Shown: positions 6,320 to 12,928 of the stretch, piece after piece
Numbering within the stretch: the stretch's first letter is position 1
Layout of the letters: each line of letters starts with the position of its first letter
DNA from: a virus
IMG/VR virus record: IMGVR_UViG_3300017963_000220
Coordinates: 1 to 64,000 of that record
DNA length: 64,000 nucleotides
Reading direction: 5' to 3' (one strand)
Program-made: the position numbers and the translations under genes
Notes under the pieces: generated by a model
The model's input: the letters and a program-made list of their open reading frames with translations, nothing else
Told to the model about the DNA's origin: nothing
The model's database searches: none

Positions 6320-8053
6320 ATGGTACATATCAGAAGGCAGTCTGTATGGTGTTACATCGATATGGAACGAAGTAACCCTCGGGCAGTCAAATGGCTCCAT
6401 ATGGTCCTGACTATCTCTACACAAGCCTATGTTAGAGGCAAGCTAGAGTTCTACAAACTCCGGCTTTTCGATCTACGAAGAAAGCGCTTTCCCGCTGGGC
6501 TACTAGGCACAGCGTATAGGCGTTTGAAACGTAAAGGGTATGATGTACAGGTCATAGATGACCGACCTGATCCACCTAAGATCAAACCACTACCTAAGAG
6601 CTGCTCACACCTATATGACTACCAGAAGGCCGCCGTAAGGGCGTGTCTGAAGCGTAGACATGGCATCGTAAGGATCGCCACAGGTGGGGGTAAAACTGAA
6701 GTAGCGGTGGGCCTGGCAAGTCGGGTGAATTGTCCGACACTGTTTCTGGTCGATGAGCGCTCTCTGGTACAGCAAGCTCGAGAGCGTTGGGCCAAGATAA
6801 CAGGTAAGCCAGCCGGTATCATAGGAGAGGGCAGGTTTGAGCCTAACATGGAGTTCACAGTAGCCACGCTACAGACACTCCAACGACGGCTCAAGCGAGC
6901 AGATCCAGCGCTAGTCGCGTATCTACTCGAGGTAGGTTGTCTGATAGTAGACGAGGCGCACGTATTGGGCGCTAAGACCTACTACCGGACAGTCATGTCT
7001 ATCCCCAACGCATACTATCGTATTGGTCTATCAGCCACCCCCACGGGGCGGTCAGACCAGCGAGACGCTTATGTGATTGGGGCAATGGGACCTATCATCT
7101 ACAAAGCTACCATCGAAAAGTTGGTGGAACAGAAGAAGCTAGCAAAGGCTCTGGTGTTATTCTACCGATATCCTGGAGCGCTCAACCTGGAGGACTACTC
7201 AGCCAAGTGGCATCACTTGTACCTGATGGGTATGGTGAGAGAGGCCGCCAGGAATCGAGCTATCATCAGGATTTGCAAGATTACACCGAGGCCGATTCTG
7301 GTCTTCTTTGACAGGAAGGCACACGGGTGGATACTCAAGGATCTACTCGAGGAACAAGGCTACAATGTAGAAATAGTCTATGGCATCCATAAGGGAGAAG
7401 AACGACTCAAGCTGGCCCGTCAACTCGGGTCTGGCGAACTAGACGTATTGTTGGCATCAAAGGTTTTCAACAAGGGGGTGGACATCCCTGAGATTCGGTC
7501 GGCTGTGAACGCGGCTGGTTACAAAGCGGCGATCACATCCATGCAAAAGCTGGGACGACCAATGAGAGTCTCTGACGGTAAGGTGCAATTTGTGTACTGG
7601 GATACCGTTGATGACCACCATCCTACACTACTCCGACACTCGAGGTATCGAGCAAGGATCTATAAAAGAGAAGGTCTCGAGCTACGGCTTGTAGACTCTC
7701 TGAAAGAGGCCGTCGAAATACTGGGTGAGGTGGGCATGATTTACAAGGTTCCTTGGTACGCGCCAAGGGACTGGCTGGATCTAACCTACGAGGAGTTTGC
7801 AAATGGGTTGGGAACCGTGGTTGAGGACACAGGAGGAGAGGACAATGGCAGACGAGAAGAGGACATATCTCATCTCTCTAACGGATCGGGAATGCGCAGC
7901 GGTGCAAGAATTGGTCAGATACAGCCTCGATTCTCTCGCTGGGGTGGACAAAAACGACACCGTGGTAGAGAAATGGCGGAAGACCATCTTAGCCGTACAA
8001 GCAAAAGTCGACAACCCAAAGGTGGGGCTCGTTCAGGCGTCAGAAGCTCTTAG
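6320..8053 (+). CDS. SF2 DEAH-box DNA helicase
   Basis: Motif I ATGGGKTEVA, motif II IVDEAH, motif III LSATP, motif VI QKLGRPMR. TAGGAGG upstream. The last ~70 aa overlap the next gene out of frame. Confidence 0.85.
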   Translation: MVHIRRQSVWCYIDMERSNPRAVKWLHMVLTISTQAYVRGKLEFYKLRLFDLRRKRFPAGLLGTAYRRLKRKGYDVQVIDDRPDPPKIKPLPKSCSHLYDYQKAAVRACLKRRHGIVRIATGGGKTEVAVGLASRVNCPTLFLVDERSLVQQARERWAKITGKPAGIIGEGRFEPNMEFTVATLQTLQRRLKRADPALVAYLLEVGCLIVDEAHVLGAKTYYRTVMSIPNAYYRIGLSATPTGRSDQRDAYVIGAMGPIIYKATIEKLVEQKKLAKALVLFYRYPGALNLEDYSAKWHHLYLMGMVREAARNRAIIRICKITPRPILVFFDRKAHGWILKDLLEEQGYNVEIVYGIHKGEERLKLARQLGSGELDVLLASKVFNKGVDIPEIRSAVNAAGYKAAITSMQKLGRPMRVSDGKVQFVYWDTVDDHHPTLLRHSRYRARIYKREGLELRLVDSLKEAVEILGEVGMIYKVPWYAPRDWLDLTYEEFANGLGTVVEDTGGEDNGRREEDISHLSNGSGMRSGARIGQIQPRFSRWGGQKRHRGREMAEDHLSRTSKSRQPKGGARSGVRSS

Positions 8054-8183
8054 ACGCTCGTTACGGGCCTCAGACCATCTGGGCTTTTCCCGCGATTCTG
8101 AGGAGCTTAGGTGTCCAGAGTGCGGCCTCGAACGACATGAATCGCTTGAGGTCAAATGTCCTAATTGTGGCTACGTGGAGTAA
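7845..8183 (+). CDS. hypothetical protein with C-terminal zinc ribbon
   Basis: ORF 7797.. trimmed to ATG7845 after GGAGGAGAGG. Contains CPECG...CPNCG. Confidence 0.5.
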   Translation: MADEKRTYLISLTDRECAAVQELVRYSLDSLAGVDKNDTVVEKWRKTILAVQAKVDNPKVGLVQASEALRRSLRASDHLGFSRDSEELRCPECGLERHESLEVKCPNCGYVE

Positions 8184-8191
8184 GTAGCTGT

Positions 8192-8256
8192 AGCCCTGGG
8201 TCGCTGGTAGTGGTACAGCGCACTGTGAGCTGGGTTCGGCCCCAGTCAGGGCTCCG
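8192..8256 (+). ncRNA. tRNA-like element TLS12
   Basis: AGCCCTG(8192-98)/CAGGGCT(8247-53). Hairpin CGCTG-N9-CAGCG (8202-20). CTGGG-ttcggc-CCCAG (8230-45). Confidence 0.6.
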
Positions 8257-8270
8257 AAAGGAGGGCTAGT

Positions 8271-8489
8271 ATGGAAGCAGCCCAGTGTAAGCTTATGGCA
8301 CAGTTTATATCGTCATTCTTCTGTCTTCTAACGAAGAACGATGGCAGGAGTATTGAGTATGTAATTACGTACTTTCGCGACGAATTTGTTCCAGATAAGC
8401 ATAAGGCGTTGTGGGATAACACATTTCTGGCGGTTTGTGATTCCGAAGGTGTGGAGTTCTATCCTAGGAGGGTAGAAAATGGCAAGTAA
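8271..8489 (+). CDS. hypothetical protein
   Basis: AAAGGAGGG upstream. Confidence 0.5.
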   Translation: MEAAQCKLMAQFISSFFCLLTKNDGRSIEYVITYFRDEFVPDKHKALWDNTFLAVCDSEGVEFYPRRVENGK

Positions 8490-8679
8490 CAAACCTGAGG
8501 CTATCAGGGAGTGGGCTATACAGGCTCTTTCCAGATCGCTGATATCTCCAGAAGAGCACGTGAAGCTTTTGAAAGCCGCTAAGGAAGTGATCCAAGATGG
8601 TGGCTTCAGGGGTGATGTGTGTGACAGATGGAGGAGCATGGGTTACGGCTCTGACAAGATCGAGGATTTCTATCCGTAG
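8479..8679 (+). CDS. hypothetical protein
   Basis: 11-nt overlap with the upstream ORF; AGGAGGG at 8465-8471. Confidence 0.45.
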   Translation: MASNKPEAIREWAIQALSRSLISPEEHVKLLKAAKEVIQDGGFRGDVCDRWRSMGYGSDKIEDFYP

Positions 8680-8684
8680 ACGTT

Positions 8685-8744
8685 AGCCCTGGGTGATCTG
8701 AGCAAGATCACTGTGAGCTGGGTTCGGCCCCAGTCAGGGCTCCG
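8685..8744 (+). ncRNA. tRNA-like element TLS13 (paralog of TLS10 and TLS12)
   Basis: AGCCCTG(8685-91)/CAGGGCT(8735-41). GATC-N7-GATC arm (8693-8711). Same tgtga linker and T-arm as TLS12. Confidence 0.65.
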
Positions 8745-8756
8745 AAAGGAGGAACA

Positions 8757-8984
8757 ATGCCCAAATATGTTTCCGTATCCTTCTACAAGGATGGGAAAAT
8801 GAGGACATATTCGAGATGTATGTTGAAGCAGGACGCTCAGGAAGTTGTAAAACAATTTATCCGAGATGGTGTTTCTGCTGGTACAGCCGAATTATCTCCA
8901 GCGAGGATACGTGAGCCCGACGAGTGGTCTTATGTATCCTTTCACAGGCGAGGCGGCAGAGGTGGTCCAGTACCATTTCCGTAA
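8757..8984 (+). CDS. hypothetical protein
   Basis: AAAGGAGG upstream. Confidence 0.5.
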   Translation: MPKYVSVSFYKDGKMRTYSRCMLKQDAQEVVKQFIRDGVSAGTAELSPARIREPDEWSYVSFHRRGGRGGPVPFP

Positions 8985-9118
8985 CCGACTCCCCCTCCCC
9001 CGTACCCCCTCCCCCACCCTAGACTACCCCCCTAAAGGGGGGTAGCTCTAGGGTGTGTGGGTGGAGGAGCAAAGATATACCCGAAAGTTTTTTATAAAAA
9101 ATTTTTCTAAGAGATAAC

Positions 9119-9142
9119 CTCTAGGATAGGGTATAGGGGGTG
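9119..9142 (+). promoter_or_regulatory. conserved CTAGGATAGG-type motif, copy 1
   Basis: CTCTAGGATAGGGTATAGGGGG, upstream of the dnaB-like gene. Confidence 0.4.
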
Positions 9143-9211
9143 ACTGGAGATTCCAGAATGATCTAAGCAAGATCATTAGAAAGGAGGGAAAACCTGCAAG
9201 AAAAGTATGGT

Positions 9212-10807
9212 TTGAATTCTGAGTTTCTCCTGAGACTATTGAGTCTAACGTTATCAGATCACGGCTTCGGGCTAAGAGTGGTCGAGGCACTCGATCCGGA
9301 CCTGATTACTTATGAAGCTCTCGGATTGGTTTTTTCTGTTTTACAGGGATATGCAAGAAAAGAGGGGTCTATACCAGACCGAGCCACTTTTCAGCAACTT
9401 TTATTACAGAGACATCATTCTGGAGCTGTATCAGGCTCGGTGTATAAAAAGGCAAGAAAGGCTTACAAAAGAGCCTTTCGGGAAGAGCCCCTATCCAGGG
9501 AGGACGCTAAGGTCGTCTTGACGGACGCAATCCTTGACGTAGAAACATTGGCGGCGCTAGATGACGGCTATAAGCTGTACAAAGACCGCAAATATGATGA
9601 TGTCTACTCGAGGATGGAGGACGCTCAAGCTCGGACAAGGCTTTTAGACCTGGGGTCGTTGGGAGCATCATTCCGAAGGGAAAAAGATGAGTACATCGAG
9701 GAGCTGAGATCTGGGGAATCCAAAGTTGATCGGATTCCGATTGGCGTGGACGTGTTTGATAAGTGCATCAAAGGCGGACTAGGCCGAGGTGAGCTGGGTT
9801 GTGTCCTGGCTCCTGAGAAAGACGGTAAATCCATGGCACTAAATCACATCGCCGCGACAGCGGTGTTGTGTGGGCTGAAGGTAGTCTATATTTCAGCGGA
9901 GTTAGGCAAGACTATACTCCGACATCGGTACACAGCTAATCTGACTGGGCTCACGGTAGACGCGTTGGAAGAGGGAGGCGATAAAATCGCTGACCTAGCA
10001 GACGAACGCCTAGAACGAATCTTCGACCGGACGGGAGGGGATTGTGTGTTCAAGGTGTTTCCATCGAAAGCCGCAACGGTAAGGGACATAGAAGCGTATC
10101 TACGAGACCTTCAGCGCCTCTGGGGCTATAAGCCGGATGTGTTGATAGTCGACTACGCAGATGAGTTAGCTTCTGGGGCTCGTAACCTTGACAGTTCGTC
10201 AACGTACTTGACTCTAGGGCAAATCTATTCCGAGCTAAGGGCTTTGGGGGCTCCCCCCGAAGACTCGAGCGGTGTAAAAGGCGGTTTCAACTGTGCAGTT
10301 TGGACCGCCTCACAAGTCCAGCGTAACGCCATTGGGAACGAGGTATTGGAGTTCAAGGATGTAGCGGACTCCATCCTCAAGGTAGCAAAGGTTGACCTCA
10401 TGGTCAGTCTTTGTCGTAACGAGGAGGAGCGTGAGGTTGACGTGGTACGTTTGTACGTATCGGCCTGTAGGTACGCTAAGTTCCCACAGGAAGTGGGACC
10501 TTTCGCTCGGGACTACGCACATGGGCGGCTTGTCTTATTTGACAGGAACGCCCGAAGGTTTGAGGAAGGGACATGGCAACAGCAAAGAAAACAAAGGCTA
10601 CGAAAAAGACAACCACCAAATCAACAGCCAAGAAGAAAGTCGGAACCAAGGCAATCGCTAAGGAACCCGTCAAGGAACCAGTTGTGGCTCCCGAAACCGA
10701 GTTGGCCAGTACCAAGGTCGACAAAGGTGATAACGGAGCCTCCAACAAACCCATCAGCAAGGATACTTTCCATCGCGATGGGGGCTGGAAGTCCTACGAA
10801 CTGGTAG
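9212..10807 (+). CDS. DnaB-family replicative helicase
   Basis: Walker A LAPEKDGKSMAL, Walker B VLIVDYADE, DnaB-like N-terminal domain. Start uncertain (TTG9212 or CTG9194). The ~80-aa basic tail overlaps the next gene. Confidence 0.7.
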   Translation: MNSEFLLRLLSLTLSDHGFGLRVVEALDPDLITYEALGLVFSVLQGYARKEGSIPDRATFQQLLLQRHHSGAVSGSVYKKARKAYKRAFREEPLSREDAKVVLTDAILDVETLAALDDGYKLYKDRKYDDVYSRMEDAQARTRLLDLGSLGASFRREKDEYIEELRSGESKVDRIPIGVDVFDKCIKGGLGRGELGCVLAPEKDGKSMALNHIAATAVLCGLKVVYISAELGKTILRHRYTANLTGLTVDALEEGGDKIADLADERLERIFDRTGGDCVFKVFPSKAATVRDIEAYLRDLQRLWGYKPDVLIVDYADELASGARNLDSSSTYLTLGQIYSELRALGAPPEDSSGVKGGFNCAVWTASQVQRNAIGNEVLEFKDVADSILKVAKVDLMVSLCRNEEEREVDVVRLYVSACRYAKFPQEVGPFARDYAHGRLVLFDRNARRFEEGTWQQQRKQRLRKRQPPNQQPRRKSEPRQSLRNPSRNQLWLPKPSWPVPRSTKVITEPPTNPSARILSIAMGAGSPTNW

Positions 10808-11175
10808 CCGACGCAACACGTAGGTTCAAGAATCCGATGGGTCGTGACGTGACAGTCAAGGCCGAGCTTCGGATTCCGGACGGACGTAGCTTCCTTCGGG
10901 TAGCAGTCGGAAGGACCGATGATCGGAGTCCAATTGGGCTATCACGACAAGTATTCTTCGAGGATCTCCCCTTCGCCATTGAGGCACTCATCGACGTGTA
11001 CGAAGCCGGTAAGGAAAAGTACATTGAGCTTGAGACTGGGCGGATTCGCCGCAGCATCGAACGCGGACTCGACGAGGTGGAGTCTGTAGTCTCCCATAAT
11101 CGGGAGGACTGGTCAGGCAAGCTGATGACTATCAAAAAGGATATGTTGGGTCAACTTCCTGATGTGGAGTCATGA
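10573..11175 (+). CDS. hypothetical protein with Lys/Thr-rich N-terminus
   Basis: GAGGAAGGG upstream. N-terminus MATAKKTKATKKTTTKSTAKKK. Confidence 0.55.
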   Translation: MATAKKTKATKKTTTKSTAKKKVGTKAIAKEPVKEPVVAPETELASTKVDKGDNGASNKPISKDTFHRDGGWKSYELVADATRRFKNPMGRDVTVKAELRIPDGRSFLRVAVGRTDDRSPIGLSRQVFFEDLPFAIEALIDVYEAGKEKYIELETGRIRRSIERGLDEVESVVSHNREDWSGKLMTIKKDMLGQLPDVES

Positions 11176-12011
11176 CGGAGAGCTATCTTCGTAAAAAGTG
11201 TCCGTTCTGTTACAAGAACGTAGGCTCTGTGGGTTCACGAGAGAACGTCGCTATTGACCTTGGCAAAGGTGTGTACTTCTGTTGGCGCTGTGGGGCGTCA
11301 GGACGATTGAACAAATGGGCAGCTAAACAGCTAGATGTTCCAGAGTCCTATGGCTACGTTAGTGATCTGGATCAGATCATGTCAGACGAGCCTGTGAGGA
11401 AGGTATCGCAGTCCTCCTATCCGGAGGGCTATGTACCCCTCTACCCCTGGCGAGAAGTCAAGAGGAGTATAGTCCTACGACGGTACGTCAAGTACCTGAC
11501 TAAAAGGCATGTGACGCCCAAGCTCATGTCACAGTTCAAGCTTGGCGTTGTTCTGGACCCACCTAAAGAGCACTGGTATATGAGGGGTAACCTCATCTAT
11601 CCAGTACTTGACGGTGATAGAAAAGGCTATATCCGTAGACGCATAGACCGTGACGGTTACTTCAACTCACGTGGGCTTGGCCGGGAGGACGCTTTCTATA
11701 ACGGGCGTATTCTCAAGAAGGCAAAGCGTGTGTACGTGGTGGAAGGGCCTCATGATGTGTTGTCGATGGGTCTAGCTGGTTTGGGTACACTGGGAACCAG
11801 TGTTACAGACAAGCAACTCATACGTCTAGCTCACTTTCCTGGTGAGGTCATCTGGACCATGGACGGTGACGCCTGGAGGGTGTCAATGGTTCTGGCAAGA
11901 AGACTTCTTCTCCGAGGTAAACACTCGGGTTGGGTTAGAGTACCCCCTGGGCGCGACCCCGGTAAGCTGGGATTTGAGAAGGTAGCTTCACTCGACGTGC
12001 GCTATCTGTAG
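11172..12011 (+). CDS. DNA primase (zinc finger plus TOPRIM)
   Basis: CPFC...CWRCG zinc finger. TOPRIM VYVVEGPHDVLS and MDGDAW. ATGA overlap with the upstream gene. Confidence 0.75.
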   Translation: MTESYLRKKCPFCYKNVGSVGSRENVAIDLGKGVYFCWRCGASGRLNKWAAKQLDVPESYGYVSDLDQIMSDEPVRKVSQSSYPEGYVPLYPWREVKRSIVLRRYVKYLTKRHVTPKLMSQFKLGVVLDPPKEHWYMRGNLIYPVLDGDRKGYIRRRIDRDGYFNSRGLGREDAFYNGRILKKAKRVYVVEGPHDVLSMGLAGLGTLGTSVTDKQLIRLAHFPGEVIWTMDGDAWRVSMVLARRLLLRGKHSGWVRVPPGRDPGKLGFEKVASLDVRYL

Positions 12012-12087
12012 TGATAGCTAGGCTACAGATTGTGTGGGGATGTACTACAGACACCTACACGAAATTTTTCAACTAACCCACTACTAT

Positions 12088-12108
12088 CCAGATAGGTAGT
12101 AGTGGGTA
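12088..12108 (+). promoter_or_regulatory. conserved GGATAGG-type motif, copy 2
   Basis: CCAGATAGGTAGTAGTGGGTA, upstream of the polyacidic gene and polA. Confidence 0.4.
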
Positions 12109-12172
12109 GAGGGAATAACCCCTCATGTGTGTGACGTAGGATGGTCAGTAAAACTGACAAGGAGGGCTGCAA

Positions 12173-12862
12173 ATGCCGAAGAAGAAGAACGCGAAGTCGG
12201 AAGCTGCACAGGTCGCTGAGGAATCGGCGGCTCTCTATGAGGCCCTGATGGGACAGTACGAGGGGCTTTATGAGACTGGCGGGAAGGTCGCAGACCATCG
12301 AGTGGTCTTGACTACCCAGAGCGCCACGTCTCGCGCTTTCCAACTCCTGATTTCTGACTTGACCGCCGAAGAGGTAGTCGCCTGTCTCTCCGCCATCGGA
12401 GTCAACCTCGCAGAGGAGGACGAAGAGGAGGAAGAGGAAGAGGCTGAGGCCGAAGAGGAGGAAGAGGAGGACGAAGAGGAGGAAGAGGAAGAAGAAGAGG
12501 AAGAAGAAGAGGCAGAGGACGACGACGAGGAAGAGGACGAGGAAGAAGAAGAGGACGAGGAGGACGACGACGAGGAGGAAGAAGAAGAGGAAGAAGAGGA
12601 CGAGGAGGAAGAGGACGACGAGGAAGAAGAGGAAGAGGACGACGAGGCAGAGATCGAACTCAAGGCTGGGACCTTGAAGAAGATCAAGAAAGCCAAGTCC
12701 GCTGACGCAGTGGCCAAGATGGTTTTGGCCGATATCGACATCGATGATGAAGATCTGTTGACGGCTGTCCTCGTCGAGCTTCGTGACGGAAAGGTGGCCC
12801 CCGCGCTCAAGGGTAAGAAAGAGGGCGGGCTCAAGAAGGTCGCCAAGAAGGCACTGAAGTAA
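12173..12862 (+). CDS. polyacidic protein (~110 consecutive Glu/Asp/Ala)
   Basis: AAGGAGGG upstream. N-terminus MPKKKNAKSE. The E/D run spans ~12415-12650. Followed by a strong terminator. Confidence 0.65.
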   Translation: MPKKKNAKSEAAQVAEESAALYEALMGQYEGLYETGGKVADHRVVLTTQSATSRAFQLLISDLTAEEVVACLSAIGVNLAEEDEEEEEEEAEAEEEEEEDEEEEEEEEEEEEEAEDDDEEEDEEEEEDEEDDDEEEEEEEEEDEEEEDDEEEEEEDDEAEIELKAGTLKKIKKAKSADAVAKMVLADIDIDDEDLLTAVLVELRDGKVAPALKGKKEGGLKKVAKKALK

Positions 12863-12879
12863 GCCTCACCTCCTACGTC

Positions 12880-12928
12880 GGGTACCCCCCAGGCTGGAGG
12901 AATCTGGCCTGGGGGGTACCCTTTTTTA
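12880..12928 (+). terminator. rho-independent terminator
   Basis: 15-bp stem GGGTACCCCCCAGGC / GCCTGGGGGGTACCC followed by TTTTTTATT. Confidence 0.85.
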
